A DNA stretch of 64,000 nucleotides from Octopus vulgaris (GCA_951406725.2 OX597838.1:27652001-27716000), one strand, 5' to 3'. Positions 11,406 through 25,902 are shown, counted from the stretch's first letter. Notes: generated by a model not told the origin, from the letters alone. Made by a program: numbers and translations.

Positions 11406-14400
11406 GGTGGGGGGTTGTATTGCCTTGTCTAGACGTCTCATTGCGGCTATAGACAAGTGGTATCCTGTGTCTCCAGTCTTCCATGAAAATGTACAGTTGT
11501 GCAGAAATATTACCTGGGAAATAAGTGAGGATTGGTGACAGGAAGGGCATCTGGCTGTAGAAAATCTGCCTCAACCAATTCTGTCTGACCCATGCAAGCA
11601 TGGAAAGGTGGTCATTAAAACAATTATCATGATGGCTGAATGAATTATTTTTCTAGTCAGTGAATTTTTCTCAATGTCTTTTGTAGTAATAAGGTAGGGT
11701 ACATAATATTCTTGTTTTTGGTCAGGAGCTAAAAAGAACAAATTTCATCAAAAGTCATGTAGCTTATGATCTCCTCCACATGAAAAGATGTACCCATATG
11801 TCAAAACTCAGCTACCTACGTGTAAAACTCTCATCTACAATGTGGAACATTGCATGGATTGACTTTTATATGTCAAAATATCAATTGTGTATCCCACTCT
11901 CAGATTGAACTTAAGACCTCTCTCCTTCAAATCCAACATTATAACCTACCTACTAATCTAATTAGCCACTGTCTCTGGCAATAACACTGATTTGACATTT
12001 CAAAAGATGAGAGGATTAAACAGAGTGGAGTGAGGGGTGCCTATAAAAATCCTGAATATAGATTATTTATGTAATTAAAATGCATTGTCCATAATTACAA
12101 TATTCAGTAGCATATTTTTATTTCTTCTGCTAACAGAGCTTTTGCCTGGCCTCAGAATTAGGCTGTTGGGCTCTTGATTGTGAGTGTGACTCCTAGACTT
12201 GGCGGCACGTGTCTTCATGAGAGGCAGAGGCACTTTAGCTTGTGTTGGCTCTAGCCTTCCTTTTGTAAAGTTACTAGGATGGGATTTTTTAGGGAGATTT
12301 CATGGCTATTTCTGCATGGCACTTACTCTAGTTCTAGGCCGACCAGTGCCCTGTAAGTGAATTAGGGTGTGTGGGGAAACTGAAAGAAGCCCATCGTGTA
12401 TATATGCTTGTGTATGCATGCACGTATGTGTGCTCTTTGTCTTAACATTGCGTGATAGTTGTAAATGATTGCCATGTCATACAAGCAGTGTCATTCATTT
12501 CTAATGTTCTGTGGAAGCACGCCTGGCCATCAGGAAATATCACCTTGCTTGGAAACAGGCGAAGGTTGGTGACAGAGAGAGCATCCAGCTACGGAAAATC
12601 TACTTCAACAAATTCCATCTGATCCATGCAAGCATGGAAAAGTGGACGTTAATACAATACTACAGCTATTGCTTCTGATGATGATGGTGGTGATGGTGAT
12701 GATGATGAGGATTATGCTGATAATTCAAACTTGTAGTACATTGCAGAGTGAGAAACTAACCAGTTATATGAATCAGAACCCAATTCTAGAATTACCTTAC
12801 TGTTCTCATAATTTGAAATAGCTTCAACCTGTATGCATGTGGGTGGGTGTGTGGGCGTTTGCATTGCTCATTTCTAGCGGCCTGTAAATGCTGTATTGTC
12901 TTTCCTGTCCACAGAAACAGATCCGAATGTTGAGAAGGAAATATCAAAGGTCTTTGGACTTAAGTGGAGAAATAATTAATTCATTTACTGTTTTGTTTTG
13001 TTTTTTTCTCTACTTAAGTAGAGGAAATACGAGAACAAAGCCTGCTTCCCAACCACATGGTTTCAGGTTCAATCCTTCCGTGTGGCACCTTGGAGCCAGT
13101 GTCTTCTACTATAGTTCCTGGTCAACCAAAGCTTAGGAGTGGATTTGGTTGATGGAAACTGAAAGCAGCTCATTGTGTGTATGTATATGTGTGCATATAT
13201 GGGTACAGGACGTCACTAACTGTGTAAACAACATGAAATATGTAGACAAAGGAGTTAAATACATAAACAAGAGAAAAAAAAGGAAAACAAGTAAACACAG
13301 AGAAATGTCCCTTCATCAGTTGTCAGCTGTCTATCTACTCTTCATTTCGAGCATTCAATGACAATATGAATCTTCAAAGACAGTTGCTCCCATAAATTCT
13401 AAAATGAAATTAAGGATTTATGGAGGGTCAAAGTTGAGAACAAAAACAGGACAGTGGAGACATACAAGGAAACCGAAGGAAAACAAACATGAAGGGTCGT
13501 TAGACCAGAATGAGAGGAAGATAGTGATGTCTGGGAGAAATATTTTCTTTGAAAAGAGAAAAGATAGAAGAGAGAGAAAAAAGACATCAAGTCCTTTGAA
13601 TGTGTGTGTGTGTGTGTGTGTGTGTTAAGCTTAACACTTCGAAGCAGTGCTCCAGTATGGCTGCCACCCAATGACTGAAACAAGTAACGGATAAAAGATG
13701 AACTGAAGTTCAAATACTGCCAGAGTCAACCCTGCTTGTCATCTCTTTGGGGTTGAGAAACACCCACATGGGGAAAATTAATGGGGTTCAGAATATACTG
13801 TAAAGCAAATTTTTCTGGGACCTCCTCTTTTCACAGAGTGTCCTATTTACTGAGGTCAGTGGAGTCTTTTCTGGGGTGGGGTGGCAGTGGTGGGTGGGGG
13901 CGGTTCTTAGCATTCTGCAACTCATTCATCTTTCATCACCTGTATTGTGGCTGTCTTCCCCTCTCGAAGCCCCACTCTGCTCACTTTGCCCTTCCAGAAT
14001 TAACTTTCTGCTCCTGTTTATCCTGCAGCCATTAACTATTCAACGGCAAATGTTTACCACAGGAATCTCACCCATCTTGGGAAAAATACTACAAAAGCTA
14101 TGGGCATAGCTTCTTCTTCCAGATCAATCCAATAAGGAAATATCATCATCATTATCATCGTTTAATGTCCGTTTTCCATGCTGGCATGGGTTGGACGATT
14201 CAACTGGGGTCTGGAAAGCCAGGAGACTGCAACTGACTCCAGTCTGATCTGGCAATGTTTCTACAGCTGGATGCCCTTCCTAACATCAACTACTCTGATA
14301 GTGTAGTGGGTGCTTTTTACGTGCCACCAGCACAGGGGCCAGAGTGGGTTGGCATTGACCATGATCAGATGGTGCTTTTTTACGTGCCACCGGCACGGGA

Positions 14401-14975
14401 GCCAGCTAAGATGGTGCTGGTATCTGCCACGTTTGGATGGTGCTTTTCACATGCCACTGACACAGAAGCCAGTCAGGGCAAGGGGGCTGGCATTGACCAT
14501 ATTCGGATGGTGCTTTTTACGTGCCACAAACACAGGGACCACAACTACAATTTCCATTTGATTGTGACAAAAGAAAATCATGCTAACAACTTGTTAATTA
14601 TGACCACTGAAGGTAGTTTACTTAATTTTCTGAACCAACTTTTCAGGTAGCTTGGCCAGCTAGAAATAGCAGTCAAATCAGTCACAAACAAAGACGGACA
14701 CAATGGATAACACACCCAGTAATTAAGCTTGGCTGGTCGTACGTGGTTGGATTCACCTGAATATCAGTATTTTATTTTTATTTTTATTTTTTTATCTAGT
14801 AGCCTTCACATACACACACTCAAGTATGTGGATGTATGTGTGTCCAACCTATGGAAGGCAGACGTTAAAGGATGGTGATAATTGTGTGTGTGTGTGAATC
14901 CAAACTTGAATGTTGGTTTACGTTCTTTGTCAGCTTCTAAACATTTTATTTCTCTAATTCTTTCTCCAAATCCAG

Positions 14976-15116
14976 AGCATGATTGTTGACCAAACTATAG
15001 AGAAAGTTTCTTTTTGCGCTCCTGATCGAAATCACGATAAAGGTTTTGCTTACATCTGCCGAGATGGTACGACGAGGCGGTGGATATGCCATGGTTTCAT
15101 GGCTATCAAAGAATCA
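14976..15116 (+). CDS. numb: Numb PTB-domain internal exon ([47 protein letters not shown])
   Basis: tccAG acceptor at 14974-14975 and GTAAGT donor at 15117. 141 nt, phase 0/0. Near-identical to the diagnostic Numb/Numblike PTB sequence [17 protein letters not shown]...[14 protein letters not shown]. Confidence 0.97.
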
Positions 15117-16219
15117 GTAAGTGTCAGTAAATTTTTTATTGTTCTTTTTTTTTTCCTAATCTTTTCTCTTTGTTTTTTTTTTTTTTTTTGCAACCAATTT
15201 TTAATTTTTAATTTCTAATACTAATTTTTACAGAAAGCATAATTACTAACAAAATTACATCATTTTCCATTTTCACCTTTTTCCTTTCATCCCTCTGGCT
15301 TATAATTTCCCCCCCGACAGCTACTTCTCCGTATGTCTATGAATGTAGGAAAACAGATCTTCGAAACTAAATGTTTACATACAAAATATTTAAACACATT
15401 AATAACAATCATTATAATAAACGAAATAATAAGTAAATAAATAAATGATAATAAATTAATTAATTAAAAGCTACTCAACTGAAAATTAGAGCTCAGACAA
15501 TTTTATTGTTCAATTTGTTATTTGTAACGAGCTGAATATTATTTTCTTTCAAATTACATTTTGTTGGGGACAGACTGTGGAACAGTTAAATGTTATTAGT
15601 ATTTTTCTCTGCTTTTAATTAGAATGTATGTGTGTGTATATGTGTCTGTCAGTACATGGGTATCTGTGTGTGTGTGAGTCTGTCTATCTGCTCTGTTGTA
15701 TATCTGTGTGTGTGTCTGTCTGCTCTGTTGTATATCTTTGTGTGTGTGACTGTGTGAATGTGTTTGCATTCATTTTCATTCCTCGTTATATCGAAGTCTG
15801 CTTGTCTATCTCCATGCGAAATATCATTGGCGGCAATTTAGTTATGATGCCTAAAATAAAACGGTTTTGTTTTTTTTTCCCCCCCACCAAAACGTCTTTG
15901 TTTCACCAATCTAGTTTGAGAGAGTGTGAAGTTTGAACCAGAAGGCAAGTCTTCCATTCCTGCCACACTCCCACCCCCACCACCATCATCACCTGCTGCC
16001 ACCCCCCCCCCCTTCCCATTGGCCAGTGATGCCTCATTACCATATATCTTCCACAAATTATTCAGAAAGTAATTACAGTTTTAAAACACTGTTAATTATT
16101 TAGTCAACAAGAACTTGACCTGCATTTTGCTCTGTATTCCAATTATCTCTTTCTCACCACCACCACCACCCTCTCTCTCTCTCTCCAACTCTATCTCTGT
16201 GTCTGTCTGTCTGTCTGCT

Positions 16220-16265
<46 letters not shown>

Positions 16266-16301
16266 CACACACATGTCTGTCTGTCTCTCTCTCTCTCTCT
16301 G

Positions 16302-16337
<36 letters not shown>

Positions 16338-16828
16338 CACACATGTCTGTCTCTCTTTCTCTCTCTAAACATATACATGTGTCTGTCTCTCTCTCTCTCT
16401 CCTCTGCTTCTTTATCTCTTTTTCTCCCTCCTTCACTGTATTCTTTTTTCTCTATCTCTCTCCTCTCACTCACCCTATCTCCCTCCCACCCCTCATTCTC
16501 TCTCTCTCTCATTACTTCAAATCACATTCTTGTGTGTATTTTCCTTCAAGGACCGTTAACAGGTAATGAAGCTTTCATTTGCAGACCAATACTAATGTCA
16601 CAGACATATCAATATAGCTAAACTGCCACTCCATGCAAAAATAGTTTCCAGGCAAAATAAAATGTGTGCAGTTTTGCAGGTCATGGCTGTGTGGATGAGA
16701 ATCATGCTTTGCAACCACATGGTTCCAGGTCCAGTCTCACTCTGCAGCACCATGGGCATGCACCTTCTTCTAAGGTCCTGTGCTAAACAATGCCATGTGA
16801 GTGAATTTTGTCAACAGAAACTGTAAAC

Positions 16829-16877
<49 letters not shown>

Positions 16878-17869
16878 CAGGTTTAGTCCCACTGCATGGC
16901 ACCTTGGGCAAGTGTCTTCTACTATAGCCTCGGGCCAACAAAAGGCTTGCGAATGGATTTGGTAGACGGAAACTGAAAGAAGCCCGTCGTTTATATGTGT
17001 GTGTGTGTGTTTTTATGTGTATGTCTTTGTGTTTCCACCACCACTAGCACCATCGTTTGACAACTGATGCTGGTGTGTTTATGTCCCCGAAACTTTAGCA
17101 GTTCAGCAAAAGAAACCGATAACATAAGTACTCGGCTTACAAAGAATAAGTCCTGGGGTCGATTTCTTCAACTAAAGGCGGTGCTCCAGCATGGCCACAG
17201 TGAAATGACTGAAACATATAAAAAAAAAAAGAGTAGATATACATACATACATACAAACATACATACATACATACAGTCTGGCTTGTTCAAGCAAGGAAAA
17301 GTAAATGTTAAAATGATGATGTATGTGTGAATTCGTATTTGTCTCTTCTCTGCCCTCACCACTTAATAACCAATGCTGGTTTATTTATGTCCTAAAACAC
17401 AGGCAAGTTTTTTTTTCAAAGAAACCCCTCAGAGTGCTGCCCAAACATGGCAACTATCCAACACCTGAAAATATAAATGAAGAAAAATGATAAATAAAAG
17501 TCCATAATATGCTGCAGACAAGAGATCAGAGTACAAGACGGAGTACAGATTCAAACTCATGTTAAACTGGACCTCTTAAGCCCAGCAGTTTACTTGCTTA
17601 CTATTCCTGTTTTAAATTGCACCCACTGCATATTGCACTGTTCGCTAATTAATAGGAAGAAAGTTATTCAGTTTGGAAATGCATCTTCATTGTCGTTTTA
17701 CATCTCCTTTCCATACTGACATCGGATGGACATGTTGCTACAGCTGGGCTCAGTACATATTCAGAAGTACTGTTCACCCAGACATGTCAGATGATCATAT
17801 CTTGCTTGCATATTTCATTTTCGGCTTTGTTTCCATAACTGGATGTCCTTCCTAACTCTAACAGTACAC

Positions 17870-18290
17870 AAAGTGTACTGGGTGCATTTTACTTTTTTAT
17901 TTTTATTTTTTTTTTTGCACTAGCCCTATATAGCTGTCATGTCCTCAACAAGACTAAAGGGCTCTGGCAACCTTACACTTTACAGTGTATTTGGTGCTAT
18001 GTTCATTGCACAAGCACTAGAGAGGTAAGCATGTCCTTGAGACAATCAGTCCTTATAAGCTTACACTTTACAATGTCTACAAGGTGCTTTTCATGTGGTA
18101 CCAGTACTAAAGTTGGAACTATGTTCTTGACAAGATTATAGGGTTCTTACACTTTATAGAATGTATACTAGGTGCTTTTCTCATGGCACCAGCCCTGGAG
18201 AGATAACCATGCCCCTCACATGGTTACAGGATCCTCATCCCCTTACACTTTACAGTGTGTTCACAGGGTTCTTCCATTGTGGCACCAGCA
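17870..18290. repeat. Diverged ~90-bp tandem repeat
   Basis: TTACACTTTA recurs at 17973, 18061, 18147 and 18243. The array continues from a minus-strand family C SINE end. Confidence 0.65.
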
Positions 18291-18933
18291 GATGAGGGGG
18301 TATGACTAAACTTAGCCCCAGCACCCCTGCTCATCCACCAGCCTCTTTACAGAGTGATAGACACATGAATGATAGTCATAAGTGATATTTATAAATATAT
18401 CTTGCAAGCACTTGGTGACCTTGTCTGTGCAGGCACCACTTAAAAGCACCCAGTCCACACTGTAAAGTGGTTCGTGTTCGGAAGGGCATCCAGCTGTAAA
18501 AACCTTGCCAAAACTGGCCTCACCCGTGCTTGTGCCATGTGAAAAACACTAAGTCCACTCTGCTGGATGGTTGGTGTCAGGAAGGGCATCCAGCTGTAAA
18601 AATCCTTCCAAAACAGTCACAGAAGTCTGTTGCAGACTTTGGCCTGGCTGGCTTTTGTGGTAGCATTCCTACCCATGGTAGCATGGAACACGGATGTTGG
18701 TGGTGACGATATTTGCAAATTAATCATAACTGTTTTAGTAACAGCAGAAAACAATATATATATATATTTTTTTTTTTTAAAGCCAATGTTTCAATTTAAA
18801 AAAATGAAAAATTATGTAAACTCTATTTTATTACCCTACACACTTTGACTCATTTAATTAATTCAAAATGTCTTAATTTTTATGACCACAACTATACAAA
18901 ATTAACAAGGCAAGAAATCATTTTTATGTTATA

Positions 18934-19295
18934 CTAGCAGTATCGCCCGGCGTTGCTCGGGTTTGTAAGGGAAATAACTATATAAGCATTTTTAGAGATG
19001 TAAAGTATAATAGCCATCTCAATATGGCTAACCACAAAGGGGGGTTACTGTAGCTTTTTACGTCCTGAGATTTAATAATACATTTTTAGAGAGTTACTTC
19101 CCTTATATAATAGCAAAAAAATGCATTAAAAATGGGAAAAATTGATGGTAAATTTTTTTTTAAATCGTAGACTCAGCGTAGACGCACGCTAATACCCAGA
19201 AGTTTTGGTTAAACTGTACCGCAAAATGTGGGAGTAGTTAGGAATCTAAATCATAGGAGACAGACAGCACACAACCTCACTTTTATATATAAAGA
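18934..19295 (-). mobile_element. Non-autonomous Helitron
   Basis: On the minus strand it starts TCTTTATATATAAAA and ends ACAAACCCGAGCAACGCCGGGCGATACTGCTAG, with A|TC...CTAG|T junctions. The 3' end matches the element at 47420-47815. Confidence 0.85.
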
Positions 19296-20397
19296 TATCA
19301 ATAATTACCATAAATCCTATGTTTTCCTACAGTCTGTATATGGATTAGCAGTTGCTATCAGAATATTGCATCGTTAGTGATTATTGGGTTTACCGATGGT
19401 TTCATATGGAGTCTTGTAATTTCTAATTAACACAGAAGAAACCTAATTAATTTCACATCAAGTAACTATTAACCTGTTTACTAACTGCATTTTTGTGTAT
19501 TCATATTTGCTTTCTACACACCTCGCTTGTATATTATTGGATTTCGTATGTGTATATAAACTTATAAACTTAGCAAATGTCTCTTTATCAGCTGAGGTTT
19601 GTTTGTATGTGTTGTGGGCGAAATTACATGTGGCTTGTTGGTATGTGTGTCTGTGCTTGCATGTCATGGGTGTTTGAATGTATATGTGTGTGCATTTGTA
19701 TGTGTATATATATATGTGTGTGTATGCATTTATGTGTGCATATGTGTTTGTGTATGTATAGATGTATATGTGTATATGTATGAATGTATGTAGATGTACA
19801 TGATGTAAATATGTACATGCATATATGTATGTGTATTATAAGTGTATGCATGTATATATGTATAATTTATTATACATATACGAATTTCTCCAATGGTGGT
19901 GCCCCAGCATGGCCACAGCTCGTGAGCTGAAACTAGATAAAATAAAATAAAATAAAAAATATTTACATACAAACACATCTTTTATGTGTGTGTGTGTATA
20001 CATATATATATATATGTATACACACACACATCTACGTACACACACACATCTACGTATACACACACACACACACACACACACACAATTGATTTTTGCGTAA
20101 TATAAAAATATAAGTGCACATTCCAGTTATAATAAATGTAATTTTTTTTCTCAATGGGGATTAAAGCTTTTTTTTATTTTAGTTACGGTTTTGTTTATTG
20201 TTTTAACACATAAACTTAGTTATATCATTTGTCCATTTATTTATCAATCCAAATCATTATCTGTTGAAGTGTAAGTTGGTGTGTCAACCCACCTCTTCAT
20301 TTCTTCAGACTCTCGCGACTAACTCAGGCATTTCATGAGAACCATCATTCAACTCTTGTTACCTGAGTTCTCATCTCCATCACGAAAAGCCCCTTAA

Positions 20398-20601
20398 TCC
20401 TTTGTCGTTTAGACCAGCCATGTCAGTCAGGTCCTATATTCTACCTAACTTGTGTTCAAACCAGCCAGATCTAACCTCTCATACCTACCCTACAATGTCA
20501 TTCTGAAAATAAACAGAGCTACGAGATAATGCATGATTAATGCAAAACAATGTGAATAAATAAGCATTACATGAGATAAGAGTAATCTGAATGTTAAAGG
20601 G
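20398..20601. mobile_element. TTAA-flanked MITE, older copy
   Basis: TTAA flanks with decayed TIRs and the same internal sequence. Further partial copies at ~7160-7385, ~10340-10490 and ~27655-27825. Confidence 0.7.
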
Positions 20602-20837
20602 TTAAAACTGTCCCCAAGAAAACAAACCAGTTTACTTGTAGATTTTTCTGTTTCTTTGAAAAACCTGCTAAAATTTATTTCAAATTTGTTATACCAATGA
20701 TTTCTTCAGTGAGTTACAAGCTAACCCCTTCTGTTCTGCCGGGGTTTATAGTCAGTTGCTTTAGATCAACGGTGCTGAAACATCCCCGCTTTCTAAAATA
20801 TCGCCATTTTAGTTCCATAAACCAAATCTTTGTTGCC

Positions 20838-20869
<32 letters not shown>

Positions 20870-20871
<2 letters not shown>

Positions 20872-21130
20872 TTTTTTTCTTCTTTCAAATTTGCTTCCAT
20901 TTCTTGCCGAGTGTCTTCCCGACTCCTAGGGCAAAGAAACTCATAGTATACATTGGTAGGCCATTAAACTAAACTCACTACTTCGTTCATTTTTTTTTTT
21001 TTAAGTTAAATTAAAATACATGGGTAGTAATAGTTCTCACATCGACAATGCTCTTCTCAATACGTGTGATGTACCAGTTAAGACAATCTTTTGCACTTCT
21101 TGCTGGGATGGTAAGCCAGGGATCATTCTC
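20870..21130 (-). mobile_element. R4/Dong-like (restriction-like endonuclease) LINE 3' end
   Basis: Minus strand reads IPGLPSQQEVQKIVLTGTSHVLRRALSM* (stop at 21037-21039), matching the QK..LLGT.HILR C-terminal motif. The 3' UTR ends at a (TAA)n tract. Confidence 0.7.
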
Positions 21131-21328
21131 ATATAATTTTCGGTTCCCTTATTATTATCATTATGATTATTATTATTATTATTATCATTATTATATTTTA
21201 CTTCTCAGAGCTCTTGATCTTACTAGCTCTGGTTAACAGCATCCTTTTGTCAAAGTTCTCACAGGGTCTTTTTCCACGTATTATAAGACTTGGTACTTAG
21301 GTGTTATGTAACGTAGAAGATACTGTGT

Positions 21329-21362
<34 letters not shown>

Positions 21363-21940
21363 GCTGCTGCTGCTATTGCTACTACTCTCATTGTTTTTAT
21401 GTTTTGGCATGTCTTTAATTTTGGGGTAATATATTAGTCACCCATGAAACCAGAATTTACAACAATTGTTAGGAAAACATCAGATGTTATTAAAACTAGA
21501 ATAAATAGGCTTTATAGTTCTTTGAAATTGTTCTTCAATGCATTAAAGCTTCTCACAGATTCTGTTTCCATTCTGTAACTCTTCAATTTGCTTCCAAAAT
21601 AAATAAACTCTTTCTAATCACTGTTCTGTAGCCTAAACTCTGCTGCTTGCTTAATTAGACATCCTAAATCATAGGCAATTAATTAGATTAAAGCGTCTTG
21701 TGTTTGTTTTCACTCATTAAGCGTAAAGTCTTTCTCCAAAGGCAAAGTAGAGGAGATCTCTTCTTGCAGAGATGATCCACATTGCACTGCCTTGAAGGAG
21801 ATGAGAGGCAAAATCACAAACCATCAGCTAAAAGTTCAGTAAATCATTGTCCTTCATTAAAATTCACCTCACCACACGTCCTGACGATGCATTTCGGCAA
21901 ATGATTTGATAATCTTATTCATTAAGTAGATTACTACTAG

Positions 21941-22515
21941 CTGGCAGAATCATTAGCACGCTGGCGAGAGGCTTAGCGGTATTTTGTCTGCCACTACGTT
22001 CTGAGTTCAAATTCCGCCGAGGTCGACTTTGCCTTTCATCCTTCAGGGGTTGATAAATTAAGTACCAGTTATGCACTGGGGTCGATGTAGTCAACTTAAT
22101 CCGTTTGTCTGTCCTTATTTGTCCCCTCTGTGTTTAGCCCCTTGTGGGTAGTAAAGAAATAGGTATTTCGTCTGCTGCTATGTTCTGAGTTCAAATTCCA
22201 CCGAGGTCGACTTTGCCTTTCATCCTTCAGGGGTCGATAAATTAAGTACCAGTTACGCACTGGGGTCAATGTAATCAACTTAATCCGTTTGTCCCCTCTG
22301 TGTTTAGCCCCTTGTGGGTAGTAAAGAAATAGGTATTTTGTCTGCCACTACGTTCTGAGTTAAAATTCCGCCGAGGTTGACTTTGCCTTTCATCCTTTCG
22401 GGGTCGATTTAAATAAGTACCAGTTATGCACTGGGGTCGATATAATCGACTTAATCCATTTGACTGTCCTTGTTTGTCCCTTCTGTGTGTAGCCCCTTGT
22501 GGGCAGTAAAGAAAC
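21941..22515 (+). mobile_element. Tandem trimer of SINE family B
   Basis: Three ~170-220-bp units; only the first has the 5' head. AGATTA(C/T)TACTAG flanks the whole array at 21928-21940 and 22516-22528. Confidence 0.85.
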
Positions 22516-23415
22516 AGATTATTACTAGAATTAGCAGGTTGAGTATTGATGCTCTGAACTGGTAGGAATGAAACAAACTAGGTAGTGGGGAGGCAGAAGA
22601 GGAGCAATTGAAGAAGAGAAGTGAGGAAATTGAAGGGAACACTTGAGTCAAAATCCTTTGTCATTTCTCTTCTCAAAAACAAAAAAACAGTTGATTTTTA
22701 TTATAGATTTCATTACAGGCAGTTAAGTAACAGCAGGGGTAATCCAAAGGAGAGTGGGGGTTCCATACTTTACAGCATCGAGTTTGGTATCTCAGTTTAT
22801 CTGCATCGAAGTTCCTCAGATTTTTTTGCTGATTCTCTTATTTCTTTGGATGACAAACATCAGTCGCATCGTAAGATAATTTATTGGTTTCAGAACAAGC
22901 ATCTTGGTGGCTTAGATAAAAACATGTTTGTGATTTAGGACAAGCATTGGGGAAGGTATTTTTTTTTTTTTTTCTAGCAGCTGGTTTTATGAGATATCAT
23001 TGTCGACATTACTTGAAAGAATAACTCAACAAACATTTATACGGCGTAGAAAACGGCATACATTATTAGGCAGAGCAGGCTCTGGCATGGCTGTGTGATT
23101 AAAAGACTTGCTTGGCAGCCACATGATTTTGGGTTCAGTCTCACTGCACAGCACCTTGGGCAAGAGTTTTGAGCTGAATCAATGTCGTGTGAATAAAATT
23201 GGGAGATGGAAACTGTGCAGAAGCTCATTGTGTATGTGTGTGTGTGTCTATGTATATATATATATGTATATATGTATGTATGTATATATATATGTATGTA
23301 TATGCATCGCTTAGCCAGCGGGGTGGCGTCATTTGAAGGCTAAAACAATGCGAACGCATTGTGACCAGCGATGTGTAACAACATCTGATGGTCTGGTCGG
23401 TCACGTGATCACATG

Positions 23416-23461
<46 letters not shown>

Positions 23462-24504
23462 GTATGTTTATGTATAATATATGTGTATGTATATATATAC
23501 ACACACACATACATAAGCATACATACACACAGACACATGTGTATGTATATGTGTGAGCTCTTAACACTTGAGAGCCAGTGTTGATTTCTTTGTCTCTGTA
23601 ACTTAGTGGTCTGGCAAAAAGAGATTGATATATTCAAACTTCAGTCATTTATTGACTTCTTCCCCTCTATACCACACTCATGATTGCATCAAAACACACT
23701 TTTTTTATGTGTGTGTTGGTTTTTTAAAATCTTTACCAAACTCTCTCTTTAACACACATTTTCTTTATATTCATTTCCATAGTAAAATCTATTTTTTAAT
23801 TTCCAAAGCGCTCTTACACGGTAAATTTTTGTTTTTGTTATTCGTGTTTTAAATATCAAAACCTAAAACTAATTTTTTTCGTTAATTATGTGGAATGTCA
23901 TGGCTTCTTAGAATGTTGTAGCATTTTGTTTAATTAACTTGAAATGCAGCTTTTATAATTCATAAATTTTGAAATTTTTTTTTTTTTACGTCTCTGGACT
24001 ATAACAGCTAATTAGGTTTTATTTATCTCCTAATTCTATGTCAGCACCTTCTTTTGTTATATATTGCTTGACAAGACATTCATTTTACTTGGAAAATTTT
24101 TTTCTGGTGTAACATACTTTCCTTTGTTTACTAATTTCCATATCAGAACAAAAGTTTTTAGCTAGCTTTAAATGACTGAGGCAATGTTTTTCTCTGAGGA
24201 GGCAAAATTATATTGAAACACAGGTGTCAGACACTTTGCTAATGCTATTTCAAGCATGTTGTGTATTTTTAACACACTTGGCCTCTTAAAAGAATATGTT
24301 CTCCTGGACTAAATTTCCATGGCGATCTCTCTTTTATGTTTCTGAGTACATGAATATGGTGTAAATGATGTACATGCCATTGTTTACTGGTGGTTTTGTA
24401 GCTGCTTGTGATACAAAATGCTTTAGGTCAGTAACAATGTTATTGGTTATAAATCTTATTACTATTAGTTAATATACCAATATGTGTGTATAGAGAGACA
24501 TATT

Positions 24505-24893
24505 CGCAGGAGTGGCTGTGTGGTAAGTAGCTTGCTAACCAACCACATGGTTCTGGGTTCAGTCCCACTGCGTGGCATCTTGGGCAAGTGTCTTCTGCTA
24601 TAGCCCCGGGCCGACCAATGCCTTGTGAGTGGATTTGGTAGACGGAAACTGAAAGAAGCCTGTCGTATATATATATATGTGTGTGTGTGTCTGTATTTGT
24701 CCCCCAGCATTGCTTGACAACCGATGCTGGTGTGTTTACGTCCCCGTCACTTAGCGGTTCGGCAAAAGAGACTGATAGAATAAGTACTGGGACTTACAAA
24801 GAATAAGTCCCGGGGTCGATTTGCTCAACTAAAGGCGGTGCTCCAGCATGGCCACAGTCAAATGACTGAAACAAGTAAAAGAGAGTAAAAGAG
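24505..24893 (+). mobile_element. SINE family A copy
   Basis: Collinear with 28784-29192. Confidence 0.87.
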
Positions 24894-25679
24894 TATTCTT
24901 TTATCTTCCACATCTGGTTTAAACCTTATCTAGATGTATTTTTGATCAGATGTTGTTTTCAACTATTTGAACTTGGGTCTCTCATAACCCTATAGAACCA
25001 TTAGGCCAGAACTTAACCGAGTTTCCATAAATTATAAGGAATTGAAAGTACAATGCTTTCTACTCCTAAATGGGACACCAGTCTGTCATAGAATTTAACA
25101 TCCAGTATAATTACTTGTGTTCGCTTTTGCCAGACTGGAGCAACATAAAATGAAGTGTTTTGCTCAAGAACACAACATGCCATCTAATCTGGGAATTGAA
25201 ACTATAACCTTATGATTGTGAGTCCAACACCCTAACCACTTGGTCACATGCCTTTTTAACCTTTTGCTCATCTAAAGCATTTTGATAAGTTTGTCCTAAA
25301 TGTCGTTGCTTGCTTTCAAACTTTAGTTAGTCTTTGTTTCATACACTGCGAATAATATAAAGCTTTCCTTACATAAGTCCCAAGTTACACTAATAGTTTA
25401 AAAAATCGGGAATGTGAGCCATATATGGTGTATGGATGCTAAGGAAATATGTCCTACCGGTCCAAAGCATTTTCTTAAGTTTTACTTAACCCTTGTTTTT
25501 TTATACGTTCGGAGTAATATGAAGTTTTTCTTTCATAATTCCCAAGTTATTCTGGTGGTTGGAAAAAATTGGGAACATGCTTCATACATGATGCATGGCA
25601 GCCAGGGAATTGTGCCAGGGAAAAGCAAAAAGGTTAAGGATAAAGGGGAAACAAATATTTTTAAAAAATAGTAAAGATA

Positions 25680-25842
25680 GGCTCAGGAGTGGCTGTGTGA
25701 TAAGTAGCTTGCTTGCCAACCACATGATTCCATGTTCAATCCCACTGCGTGGCACCTTGGGCAAGTGTCTTCTACTATAGCCTCAGGCCAACCAAAGCCT
25801 TATGAGTGGATTGATTTGGTAGACAGAAACTGAAAGAGGTCC

Positions 25843-25902
<60 letters not shown>

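Noticed and set aside
13290-13400. CTGATGA and CGAAA motifs on the minus strand (also 41410-41460)
   Set aside because: I could not assemble a complete core with paired stems. They may be decayed hammerheads but are not supportable.
21941-22515. Regularly spaced repeats suggestive of a CRISPR array
   Set aside because: The units are whole SINE bodies with no unique spacers, the context is eukaryotic, and there are no cas genes.
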